This document shows, one piece after another, positions 18,774-26,856 of a DNA stretch of 64,000 bases. The stretch is from positions 7,812-71,811 of the forward strand of contig JAUWHP010000033.1 of assembly GCA_030605765.1 (NCBI GenBank), read 5' to 3'. The translations under genes were made by a program, and so were the position numbers. The DNA comes from Dehalococcoidia bacterium. Its GTDB lineage: Bacteria; Chloroflexota; Dehalococcoidia; GIF9; AB-539-J10. Position 1 is the first letter of the stretch; each line of letters starts with the position of its first letter. A model generated the notes under the pieces. The model was given only the letters and a program-made list of their open reading frames with translations, had not been told where the DNA came from and did not search any database.

Positions 18774-19634
18774 ATGATAATCTCCGTTGCCAGCGGTAAA
18801 GGAGGCACAGGGAAAACGCTGGTAGCTGTAAATCTGGCTCTTACTTTGAGTGATGTGTACAGAGTACAGCTATTAGATTGTGATGTAGAGGAGCCAGATG
18901 CGCATATTTTTCTTCATTTAGCTACTAATCGAAGCGAAGCGGTAGTGATTCCTGTGCCTAGAATAGATGAGACGAAGTGTACCTATTGTGGCAGGTGTGC
19001 TGAAGTCTGTGTCTATAATGCTATCGCTGTGCTTAAGGGAAAGGTGCTCGTTTTCCCTGAGTTATGCCATGGCTGTGGAGCGTGTTCTTACTTATGCCCC
19101 GAGTCAGCTATTTCCGAGGAGGGGAGAGAAATAGGAGTGGTGGAAACAGGGGATTCAGGAAATATGGAGTTTATTCAGGGACGACTTGCCATTGGAGAGC
19201 CAATGGCTCCACCTATAATCAGGGAGGTAAAGAAGCACATTGATCGTGTAAGAGAGGTCATTATCGATGTTCCTCCAGGAACTTCTTGCCCCGTAGTAGA
19301 GGCAGTTAAGAGTAGTGACTTCTGCCTCTTGGTGACTGAGCCTACTCCTTTTGGGTTGAATGACCTTTCGCTAGCAGTAGAGCTGGTAAGAAAATTGCAA
19401 ATCCCATGCGGGGTGATAATTAACCGAAGTGGCGTAGGAGATGAAAAAGTTGAGCAATACTGTCAGGAGCAGGGGATACCCATCTTGCTGAAGATTCCTT
19501 TAGATAGAAATATTGCCACACTCTATTCGAAAGGAATCCCCTTGATAGCAGGTATGCCTGAGTGGCGTGGGGTCTTTGTTACTCTTTTTCAAAATATAAA
19601 GCAGATAGACTCAGCTAGTCGGGTGGTGAAATGA
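18774..19634 (+). CDS. MinD/ParA-superfamily P-loop ATPase with inserted 2x[4Fe-4S] ferredoxin domain
   Basis: Deviant Walker A SGKGGTGKT, ferredoxin insert CTYCGRCAEVC...CHGCGACSYLCP, then the continued ATPase fold (DVPPGTSCP). Confidence 0.85.
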   Translation: MIISVASGKGGTGKTLVAVNLALTLSDVYRVQLLDCDVEEPDAHIFLHLATNRSEAVVIPVPRIDETKCTYCGRCAEVCVYNAIAVLKGKVLVFPELCHGCGACSYLCPESAISEEGREIGVVETGDSGNMEFIQGRLAIGEPMAPPIIREVKKHIDRVREVIIDVPPGTSCPVVEAVKSSDFCLLVTEPTPFGLNDLSLAVELVRKLQIPCGVIINRSGVGDEKVEQYCQEQGIPILLKIPLDRNIATLYSKGIPLIAGMPEWRGVFVTLFQNIKQIDSASRVVK

Positions 19635-19759
19635 CGGCTTGGCAGCAAATTGCCATAGATGGTGAAACACACGTTAAGAGAATAACGGATCAGTATGAGG
19701 AGTTTGGTTTTCAAGTTCGCCTTGAAGAAGTTAAGCCTGCGGAAGCAGGAGGTTGGTAA
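19631..19759 (+). CDS. small ORF (42 aa) translationally coupled between the two MinD-ferredoxin ATPase genes
   Basis: ATGA start/stop overlap with the upstream gene. Sequence MTAWQQIAIDGETHVKRITDQYEEFGFQVRLEEVKPAEAGGW. It is too short to appear in the ORF track and there is no homology evidence. Confidence 0.3.
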   Translation: MTAWQQIAIDGETHVKRITDQYEEFGFQVRLEEVKPAEAGGW

Positions 19760-19765
19760 ATACAA

Positions 19766-20626
19766 ATGAAAGAGGTTGTGGTTCTGAGCGGCAAGGGAGG
19801 AACCGGGAAGACAAGCTTGGTAGCTTCGTTTGCCGCTTTAGCTCAAAGTAAAGTATTGGTTGACTGCGATGTTGATGCCGCAGACCTCTACCTTCTTCTC
19901 AAACCACAAGTTACGGAGGAAAACGAATTTTGGAGTGGCCAGATTGCCTTCATTGATAAAAAAGTATGCACTGAGTGTGGACTTTGCCAGGAAATGTGCC
20001 GTTTTGGAGCTATAAAGGATTACTTTGTTGATAAGATTTCTTGTGAGGGCTGCGGGCTATGTTCTCAAATCTGCCCCGTTAATGCTATTATTATGCAATC
20101 TTGTATGGCTGGACACTGGTTTATTTCTGAGACAAGCTATGGCACTCTCATTCATGCTAAATTGGGAATTACTGAGGAAAGCTCCGGCAAGTTAGTAACC
20201 TTGGTTCGGAATAGCGCCAGGCTTGTAGCGGAGGAGGGAAAATTCGATTATATCATCAGCGATGGTCCTCCAGGTATTGGCTGCCCGGTTATCGCTTCTC
20301 TATCCGGAGCTAATTTGGCACTCCTGGTAATCGAGCCTACATTATCAGGAATCCATGACCTCGAGCGTGTAATTGGTGTCTGCCGCCACTTTGGCATTCC
20401 CATTCTGGTTTGCATAAACAAATATGACATAAACGAAGAAAACTCTTATCGCATTGAAGATTACTGTCATAACAACGATATAGAAGTGGCAGTAAAAATT
20501 CCTTTTGACAATGTAGTGACTGAGGCAATTGTTGAGGGCTTACCTGTAGTGGAGTACTCCGACGGCAAAGTAACTCAGCAGGTGAGGGAGCTATGGAAAA
20601 TTGTTTCAGTAAAGTTAAATAATTAG
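19766..20626 (+). CDS. MinD/ParA-superfamily P-loop ATPase with inserted 2x[4Fe-4S] ferredoxin domain (paralog)
   Basis: SGKGGTGKT, ferredoxin insert CTECGLCQEMC...CEGCGLCSQICP, DGPPGIGCP. Confidence 0.85.
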   Translation: MKEVVVLSGKGGTGKTSLVASFAALAQSKVLVDCDVDAADLYLLLKPQVTEENEFWSGQIAFIDKKVCTECGLCQEMCRFGAIKDYFVDKISCEGCGLCSQICPVNAIIMQSCMAGHWFISETSYGTLIHAKLGITEESSGKLVTLVRNSARLVAEEGKFDYIISDGPPGIGCPVIASLSGANLALLVIEPTLSGIHDLERVIGVCRHFGIPILVCINKYDINEENSYRIEDYCHNNDIEVAVKIPFDNVVTEAIVEGLPVVEYSDGKVTQQVRELWKIVSVKLNN

Positions 20627-20636
20627 GAGGGAAGAG

Positions 20637-20879
20637 ATGCCAATTTATGAATATAGGTGTTTGAATTGTGGGAGGATATCAGAAATCCTCCTTCGCAATC
20701 TGGACAACGAAAACATTGAGTGCCCAATATGCGGCAGCGAGAATCTGGAAAAGCTTTTGTCTGCTTCCTATGCTATAAGGATGAATGATTCTATGCCTGC
20801 TGGAACTTGCTGCGGCAGAACAGAGCGCTGCGAGACACCTCCTTGCTCTGTGAATGGCACCTGTAGGAGGAATGACTGA
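20637..20879 (+). CDS. FmdB-family zinc-ribbon protein (paralog)
   Basis: MPIYEYRCLNCGRISEI...IECPICGSE, with a Cys-rich C-terminal tail. Confidence 0.8.
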   Translation: MPIYEYRCLNCGRISEILLRNLDNENIECPICGSENLEKLLSASYAIRMNDSMPAGTCCGRTERCETPPCSVNGTCRRND

Positions 20880-20881
20880 AA

Positions 20882-21220
20882 ATGAGATACGCGGTACCTG
20901 TAGTAGATGGCAAAGTGGCTGAGCACTTTGGCCATTGTAGCCATTTTGCCTTGTTTGATATCGATGAAACGAGCAAGGTGATTGTGAAGAAGGAGGTAAT
21001 AGCTTCGCCAGGACATCAACCTGGATTTCTTCCAGAGTGGCTGGCTGCGGAAGGAGTTTCCGTTGTTATAGCTAATGGCATGGGATCCAGGGCACAAAGC
21101 CTTTTTAGAGAGAGCCGTATTGAAGTTGTTACTGGCACGCTAGGAGATGAGCCACAGGAAGCCGTTCTAGCTTACCTGAGAGGTACATTGGCTACTGGCG
21201 ATAATTTGTGTGACCATTAA
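20882..21220 (+). CDS. NifX/NafY-like (Nitro_FeMo-Co family) protein (paralog, no tail)
   Basis: MRYAVPVVDGKVAEHFGHCSHFALFDIDE...VIANGMGSRAQSLF. Confidence 0.8.
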   Translation: MRYAVPVVDGKVAEHFGHCSHFALFDIDETSKVIVKKEVIASPGHQPGFLPEWLAAEGVSVVIANGMGSRAQSLFRESRIEVVTGTLGDEPQEAVLAYLRGTLATGDNLCDH

Positions 21221-21246
21221 GTACATGAAGATAGGAGGCAGATGTT

Positions 21247-22248
21247 ATGGCAACTGAAGATTCGGTGATTGAAGCGTTAAATAAAGTGCTTGTCCCTGGA
21301 GCAATGCGTAGCTTGGTGCAGATGAATTTGTTGCGAAACGTTGAAGTTAAAGATGGAGAGGCGAAAATCACTTTGGCTTCGACTGCTATCCCTGCCCAAT
21401 CTCAGGATTGGTTAAGGGCTAAAGTGACCACAGCAGTTCGCGAACTGCCTGAAGTGAAAGGAGTTGTTGTTGACCTTGTAGAAGCCAAACCTAAGGAACT
21501 TAACCAAATTCAGAATATAATAGCTGTGATGAGTGGAAAAGGTGGAGTGGGCAAATCTTTGGTAGCTGGCTTACTGGCTGTTGCTTTTGCTCGAGATGGT
21601 AAGGAGGTTGGTATACTTGATGCTGACATTACCGGCCCTAGCATCCCTAAAATGTTTGGTTTAAATATTCACCCTAGTGGCAGCGAGACAGGTATCTTGC
21701 CGATATTATCGAGGTCTGGAATTGAAGTTATGTCTATGAACCTTCTATTGCCTAGCGAAGATGAAGCAGTTATTTGGAGAGGCCCTCTTATGTCAAAAGC
21801 CATTACGCAGTTCTGGGAGGAGGTGCTTTGGGGCAACCTTGATTATCTCGTGGTTGATTTGCCACCTGGTACTGCGGATGCCGCATTGACAGTATTGCAG
21901 ACTTTACCGCTTGCCGGTGTAATCGACGTTTTTACTCCTCAGGAGTTGACGGGAATGATAGTGAAAAAGGCAGTGAAAATGGCAAGGAAATTAAACGTTC
22001 GTGTTCTGGGGGTAATAGAGAACATGAGCTATCTGTTGTTACCCGAAACGGGCAAAAAACTGGAGGTTTTTGGCCGGAGCAAGGGAGAGGAAATGGCTAA
22101 GGCCTGTGAAGCACCACTGTTAGGGCAATTGCCTATTGACCCTCAATTGGCTAAATTGTGTGATGAAGGAAATATTGAGAGATACAATTCGGATGCCTTG
22201 TCACAAATCTTTGCCAATGTAGGTGCTGCTCTAAATGAGAGAAAGTGA
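21247..22248 (+). CDS. Mrp/NBP35/ApbC-family P-loop ATPase with N-terminal DUF59/MIP18-like domain; lacks the canonical CxxC cluster-bridging motif
   Basis: DUF59-like N-terminus (LLRNVEVKDGEAKITL), Walker A SGKGGVGKS, and the conserved ENMS segment present as VIENMSYLLLPETGKK with no cysteines. Confidence 0.8.
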   Translation: MATEDSVIEALNKVLVPGAMRSLVQMNLLRNVEVKDGEAKITLASTAIPAQSQDWLRAKVTTAVRELPEVKGVVVDLVEAKPKELNQIQNIIAVMSGKGGVGKSLVAGLLAVAFARDGKEVGILDADITGPSIPKMFGLNIHPSGSETGILPILSRSGIEVMSMNLLLPSEDEAVIWRGPLMSKAITQFWEEVLWGNLDYLVVDLPPGTADAALTVLQTLPLAGVIDVFTPQELTGMIVKKAVKMARKLNVRVLGVIENMSYLLLPETGKKLEVFGRSKGEEMAKACEAPLLGQLPIDPQLAKLCDEGNIERYNSDALSQIFANVGAALNERK

Positions 22249-22266
22249 AATCCTAAGTCAGGAGGA

Positions 22267-22728
22267 ATGACAGTGGAAGTTGGAAATTCCTTTAAAGAGT
22301 TGGAGGAATCTGTTATGCAGGATATGCTAAAAACCTATTCTGAGGAAGCAATCGACCATTTTCTTAACCCGAGAAATCTGGGGCAGATTGAATCTCCAGA
22401 TGGGTTTGGAAGGGTAACCGGCCCTTGTGGGGATACCATGGAGATATATCTCAGGGTAAATGGAGGCAGGATTACAAATGCTACCTTCCTGACTGGTGGC
22501 TGTGGCCCCAGTATCGCCTCCGGCAGCATGGCCACTGAGCTAATTAAAGGAAAGAGCATTGTTGAGGCTCAGAACATAAGCCAAGATAATATTCTAAATG
22601 CCTTAGGAGGACTTCCTGAGGAGAGCCAGCACTGTGCCCTTCTGGCGGCAAATGCACTTAAAGAAACAGTTAGAGACTATTTAGCCTTCAAAAACGAACC
22701 TTGGAAAAGGCTTTATAAAGTCCACTAG
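22267..22728 (+). CDS. IscU/NifU-N-like Fe-S cluster scaffold protein
   Basis: Three conserved Cys in their expected contexts: GPCGDTM, GGCGPS, QHCALLA. An alternative start lies at the ATG near 22309. Confidence 0.8.
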   Translation: MTVEVGNSFKELEESVMQDMLKTYSEEAIDHFLNPRNLGQIESPDGFGRVTGPCGDTMEIYLRVNGGRITNATFLTGGCGPSIASGSMATELIKGKSIVEAQNISQDNILNALGGLPEESQHCALLAANALKETVRDYLAFKNEPWKRLYKVH

Positions 22729-22871
22729 AACCTGAAGCGGATAGAATGAATTTGCCACCTGTGGTATAGCCCTGCTTTGAGAGTGTGATGGTAGTTTGAA
22801 CCTTATGCCTGAAGGTAAGCCGCTGGATTTGTAGTAGATTTTGCGGCGAAGGCAAAACTTCTAGCCACCTT

Positions 22872-23141
22872 ATGTTAAAAGTAAATGTGAATCTTTGTGT
22901 GGGTTGTGCTTTATGCGCCCAGGTATGCCCTCAAGGGGCTATCAGCCTCATTGGGGGCAAAGCAGAGGTAGATACCAGTAAATGTGACTCTTGCTATTGG
23001 TGTCTTGAAGCGTGCCCTCGAGGCGCAATTTCTGAGTTGATTATAGTCTCCCCGGAGGAACTAAGAGTTACTGTTTCTACGCTAAAGCGACAAACAGATG
23101 ATATAATAAAGAGGATTAACAGGCTGGCTACCAAGGTTTAG
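22872..23141 (+). CDS. 2[4Fe-4S] ferredoxin
   Basis: CVGCALCAQVCP and CDSCYWCLEACP clusters. Confidence 0.75.
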   Translation: MLKVNVNLCVGCALCAQVCPQGAISLIGGKAEVDTSKCDSCYWCLEACPRGAISELIIVSPEELRVTVSTLKRQTDDIIKRINRLATKV

Positions 23142-23151
23142 GGTTATCGTC

Positions 23152-23607
23152 GTGAAAGAACAGCGGATTTTAGAATTGAAGCCCATAGGGGTAATCCATT
23201 CGCCTTACCCTGATAGGGGAGAAGCACCACGTCAGGGCTGCGGGCGAGATGAAATCTGCCGGGTAGAAGTGTTCAAAGAATTTGAAGAGGGCTTGAAAGA
23301 CATAGATGGTTTTTCCCACGTTAGCTTGATATATTGGTTTCATAAATCTGGAGGATATCGTCTGCTCATTACAACCCCGTGGGATACAAAGCTGCATGGG
23401 CTTTTTACTACGAGGTCGCCAAACAGACCCTGCCCATTGGGGTTATGCTTGGTGGAGTTGGTTGCCCGGGAAGGGAATATTCTCAGTGTAAAGGGGTTGG
23501 ATGCTATAGACGGCACTCCGCTTTTGGATATCAAGCCATACATTCCCTCTATAGATGAGAAAACTAACGGCCAAGTTGGGTGGCTTAAAGACAGATTCAA
23601 AGGTTAG
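23152..23607 (+). CDS. tsaA: tRNA (N6-threonylcarbamoyladenosine(37)-N6)-methyltransferase TrmO / TsaA (YaeB family)
   Basis: 151-aa ORF with GTG start. It contains the YaeB-like beta-barrel core (IGVIHSPY...RSPNRPCPLG...LDGTPLLDIKPY). Confidence 0.75.
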   Translation: MKEQRILELKPIGVIHSPYPDRGEAPRQGCGRDEICRVEVFKEFEEGLKDIDGFSHVSLIYWFHKSGGYRLLITTPWDTKLHGLFTTRSPNRPCPLGLCLVELVAREGNILSVKGLDAIDGTPLLDIKPYIPSIDEKTNGQVGWLKDRFKG

Positions 23608-23658
23608 GGGAGAGGGCGAAAGGGAGGATAATGAATGCCAATAACCTATGTTGGCATC

Positions 23659-24489
23659 TTAGTAAATTACTTTTACTTCATCTCCTATTTCCATGCCAAG
23701 AAAGTCGCAGGCACTTCCAGCTCTTAGCGATATTTCCAGATAACCACTGCTGCCCAGGATAGCTACTAACCCCTGTTCCTCTTCATAATAACGCGATATG
23801 CCTTGAATATGTTGCCCTGCTGCTTCGATAATAATGTTTCCCTGTGGCAAATCAGTGCTCTTTATATCAGTGATCAGGTTGCCAAAATTGTCAACGTATA
23901 GGATATGGCCTACTAGGTTACCTTGTGGGTCAAAGGATGGTTTTGGAGCAGGAAAAACATAAAGAGAGGTAATCCTTTCTCCAAACTCATAAAGTGATAT
24001 ACCTAAAGAGAGGCCAGCGGCAACCGGGGCAAAGATATCTCTACCATGAAAGGTAGGGCTGACTGGGTGCCGCCAAAACCGTGGTTCAGTAATGGCCACA
24101 GCTTCAATCCCCTTTTTAAAAGTTATCCTTTCAGGGCTTTTAGAATATTGATTCGAGGGCCTTTCATTAGAGGATAACTCATTAATTACATAACTGAGAA
24201 TGCCATTATCAGGAGCAAGGAAGAGGGATGAAGGCGTTTTCAGGATTATCCCTTGTCGCTCACTTCCTACGCCAGGGTCAACGATGGCTACATGGATGCT
24301 TTGCTGGGGAAAGTAGCGATAAGCGATATTGAGGATGAAAGCAGCTTGTGCAATATTCTGTGGCTTAACGGAGTGAGTAATATCGATGATAGTAGCTCCT
24401 GGGTTAGTACTCAGAATGACACCCTTCATAACGGCAACATAGGCATCACTGAAACCGAAGTCGGTAGTCAGCGTTATTATCGGATTCAT
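23659..24489 (-). CDS. SAM hydroxide adenosyltransferase (DUF62; fluorinase/chlorinase-like family)
   Basis: N-terminus MNPIITLTTDFGFSDAYVAVMKGVIL is typical of the family. Length is 276 aa. Confidence 0.8.
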   Translation of the reverse strand: MNPIITLTTDFGFSDAYVAVMKGVILSTNPGATIIDITHSVKPQNIAQAAFILNIAYRYFPQQSIHVAIVDPGVGSERQGIILKTPSSLFLAPDNGILSYVINELSSNERPSNQYSKSPERITFKKGIEAVAITEPRFWRHPVSPTFHGRDIFAPVAAGLSLGISLYEFGERITSLYVFPAPKPSFDPQGNLVGHILYVDNFGNLITDIKSTDLPQGNIIIEAAGQHIQGISRYYEEEQGLVAILGSSGYLEISLRAGSACDFLGMEIGDEVKVIY

Positions 24490-24495
24490 TCTTGG

Positions 24496-24717
24496 TTAGG
24501 TAGCTGAGGCAACTATTAATATTGCCAGAGCAACGAAGATGACAGCTAGGACAAGAGTGAGTTTAAACAAAGTTCTTTCTACCCCTCGCCGCGTTCGATA
24601 TGTTGACTCGGCTTGTCCGAAGATGCCTCCTAGGCCTCCTCCATGGAGTTGAAATAGCACAGTGGCAATTAAAGCTACAGCCACTAATATTTGAGCGATG
24701 GCAAAATATTTAGGCAA
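24496..24717 (-). CDS. secG: preprotein translocase subunit SecG
   Basis: 73 aa with two TM helices and a central LHGGGLGGIFG motif. Confidence 0.75.
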   Translation of the reverse strand: MPKYFAIAQILVAVALIATVLFQLHGGGLGGIFGQAESTYRTRRGVERTLFKLTLVLAVIFVALAILIVASAT

Positions 24718-26155
24718 CTTGTTTCCCTCCTAGTTCCTGTATGAGAATCTCCTTTACCAATGCAGGATTGGCTCTTCCTCTCGTAGTTTTCATTACCTGT
24801 CCAGTAATGAACATTAAAGCTTGTTGCTTACCGGCCTTATAATCTGACACAGCCTTGGCGTTATTGGCTATTACCTTTTTGACTGCGCCTCTCACTTTAG
24901 CAACATCGCTAATTTGGCTAAGTTCCTTTTCTGCCGCAATAGCGTTAGCTCTTTTGCCGCTATAGAACATCTCTTCAAACACCGCTTTGCTAGCTGGGCC
25001 ACTGATAATCCCTTCATCCACTAGGTTAACCATCTCCGCTAAATGCTCAGGGCTTACTTTCGTAGTTTCAATGTTAGTGTTAGTCGCATTGAGTAGTCGG
25101 CTGAAGTCACCTAGAAGCCAATTGCTTATCAGTTTTGCCTTGCCCTTATCCATTAGTTCAAGACAGTTCTCAAAGTAACTGGCCAATGCTTTGGAACTTG
25201 TTAAGATGCTAGCATCATATAAGGGCACCCCATATTGTGCCATAAAGCGCTGCTTTCTTGCCTCGGGTAACTCAGGTAGCTTTACTCTGATTTCCTCTAT
25301 CCAGGTTTTATCAAAGATCAGTGGAGGCAAATCAGGCTCAGGGAAATAGCGATAATCATCAGCATATTCCTTGCCTCTCTGGCTTACCGTTACGCCCTTT
25401 TCATCTACCCAACCTCTGGTTTCCTGTACCAGTTCGCCACCCTCTTCAAGTACGCTCCTTTGCCTCTTAGATTCATACTTCATAGCTTGATAAACCGCTT
25501 TGAAGCTATTCATGTTCTTGACCTCTACTTTAGACAGCAGTTTCCTGCTGCCCTTGGGGCGAATGCTTAGGTTAGCATCACATCTGAAGCTACCTTCCTC
25601 CATATTGCATGTAGATACTTCCAAATAGCGAAGGATGGAGTGTAGCATGATGAGGTAATCTCGAGCCTCTTCAGGCGAGCTGATTTCTGGCTCGCTGACA
25701 ATCTCCATCAATGGCACGCCAGACCGATTGACATCTATCAAACTATAGCCCTCTTTATGCCATAGTTTAGCCACATCCTCTTCAAGGTGTACTCTGGTGA
25801 TATTAATTCTTTTTTTGGTTCTGTTGCTATCAATGGTTAGACAACCTTGTCTTCCTACAGGAGCATCATACTGAGAAATCTGGTAGCCCTTCATTAGGTC
25901 GGGGTAGGAGTAGTTTTTACGGTCAAACTTGGTAGAATCATTGATGGTGCAGTTCAGAGCCAGAGCAGTCATCGCGGTATATTCCACCGCTTTCCTGTTA
26001 ACAATGGGTAGAGTGCCGGGCATGCCCAGGCAGACTGGGCAGACGTGAGTGTTAGGTGGGGCATTGATGTAATCGGTGCTACAGGAGCAAAACATCTTGC
26101 TCTTGGTTAGTAGTTGAGCATGAACCTCCAAACCTATAACAGTTTCATAATTCAT
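24710..26155 (-). CDS. gatB: Asp-tRNA(Asn)/Glu-tRNA(Gln) amidotransferase subunit B
   Basis: The conserved GatB N-terminus MNYETVIGLEVHAQL sits at an internal ATG (26155). The track ORF extends 23 codons further to a TTG at 26224. A GatB/YqeY C-terminal domain is present. Confidence 0.9.
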   Translation of the reverse strand: MNYETVIGLEVHAQLLTKSKMFCSCSTDYINAPPNTHVCPVCLGMPGTLPIVNRKAVEYTAMTALALNCTINDSTKFDRKNYSYPDLMKGYQISQYDAPVGRQGCLTIDSNRTKKRINITRVHLEEDVAKLWHKEGYSLIDVNRSGVPLMEIVSEPEISSPEEARDYLIMLHSILRYLEVSTCNMEEGSFRCDANLSIRPKGSRKLLSKVEVKNMNSFKAVYQAMKYESKRQRSVLEEGGELVQETRGWVDEKGVTVSQRGKEYADDYRYFPEPDLPPLIFDKTWIEEIRVKLPELPEARKQRFMAQYGVPLYDASILTSSKALASYFENCLELMDKGKAKLISNWLLGDFSRLLNATNTNIETTKVSPEHLAEMVNLVDEGIISGPASKAVFEEMFYSGKRANAIAAEKELSQISDVAKVRGAVKKVIANNAKAVSDYKAGKQQALMFITGQVMKTTRGRANPALVKEILIQELGGKQVA

Positions 26156-26247
26156 GAATTTGAAAATAGTATAGCAAGCATGCCAACCTGACACAAGGAA
26201 GCGTGAGCTTGACCTAAAGTTCAAGGCGTTGCTACAATTGAGCTTGC

Positions 26248-26320
26248 GGGGATATAGCTCAGTTGGGAGAGCGCTGCGTTCGCATCGCAGAGGTTGGGGG
26301 TTCGAATCCCCCTATCTCCA
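26248..26320 (+). tRNA. tRNA-Ala (anticodon CGC), no encoded CCA
   Basis: Acceptor ggggata/tatctcc with G3:U70, anticodon loop ttCGCat, T-loop ttcgaat. Confidence 0.85.
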
Positions 26321-26324
26321 CTGC

Positions 26325-26398
26325 GCCCCTGTAGCTCAGACGGATAGAGCAGCGGTTTCCTAAACCGCGTGTCGGGCGTTCGAATCGCCCCAGGGGTA
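26325..26398 (+). tRNA. tRNA-Arg (anticodon CCT), no encoded CCA
   Basis: Anticodon stem gcggt/accgc, loop ttCCTaa, T-arm gggcg-ttcgaat-cgccc. The acceptor begins with a G1:U72 wobble. Confidence 0.75.
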
Positions 26399-26418
26399 CT
26401 TGCTGTTGTGCAAGTTTT

Positions 26419-26495
26419 AGGGGTGTAGCTCAGTTGGCTAGAGCAGCGGTCTCCAAAACCGCAGGTCGCGGGTTCGAATCCTGCCGCCCCTGCCA
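26419..26495 (+). tRNA. tRNA-Trp (anticodon CCA), CCA encoded
   Basis: Anticodon loop ctCCAaa, T-loop ttcgaat, 3' GCCA. Confidence 0.85.
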
Positions 26496-26496
26496 T

Positions 26497-26583
26497 GCCG
26501 GGGTGGTGGAACAGGTAGACACGCCATCTTGAGGGGGTGGTGGGCGTGAGCCCGTGGGAGTTCAAGTCTCCCCCTCGGCACCA
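26497..26583 (+). tRNA. tRNA-Leu (anticodon GAG), long variable arm, CCA encoded
   Basis: Anticodon loop ttGAGgg, extended variable arm tgggcgtgagcccgtg, T-loop ttcaagt. Confidence 0.8.
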
Positions 26584-26627
26584 ATTTAGTTTGCTTGAAT
26601 TGAGGGAAAGCGGTAAAATTTAGTTAA

Positions 26628-26702
26628 GCGGAAGTAGTTCAGCGGTAGAATGCTTCCTTGCCAAGGAAGAGGTCGCGAGTTCGAATCTCGTCTTCCGCTC
26701 CA
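26628..26702 (+). tRNA. tRNA-Gly (anticodon GCC), CCA encoded
   Basis: Acceptor gcggaag/cttccgc, anticodon loop ttGCCaa. Confidence 0.85.
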
Positions 26703-26722
26703 TAAAATTTGAGCCCGGTTGT

Positions 26723-26795
26723 GGCGGCGTAGCCAAGAGGTTAAGGCAGGGGTCTGCAAAACCCTTATGCAGCGGTTCGAATCCGCTCGCCGCCT
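26723..26795 (+). tRNA. tRNA-Cys (anticodon GCA), no encoded CCA
   Basis: Acceptor ggcggcg/cgccgcc, anticodon loop ctGCAaa. Confidence 0.85.
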
Positions 26796-26856
26796 TTTTA
26801 GATTAAAGATAGTGCAAAACTTGAGCAAAATCTTATTATAGGCGGGTGTTTTAAGA

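Noticed and set aside
26221-26828. Track ORFs 26221-26565(-) and 26586-26828(-) spanning the tRNA array; 2389-2625(-) over tRNA-Ala.
   Set aside because: The regions are occupied by cloverleaf tRNA genes on the other strand. The translations are low-complexity and have no start context.
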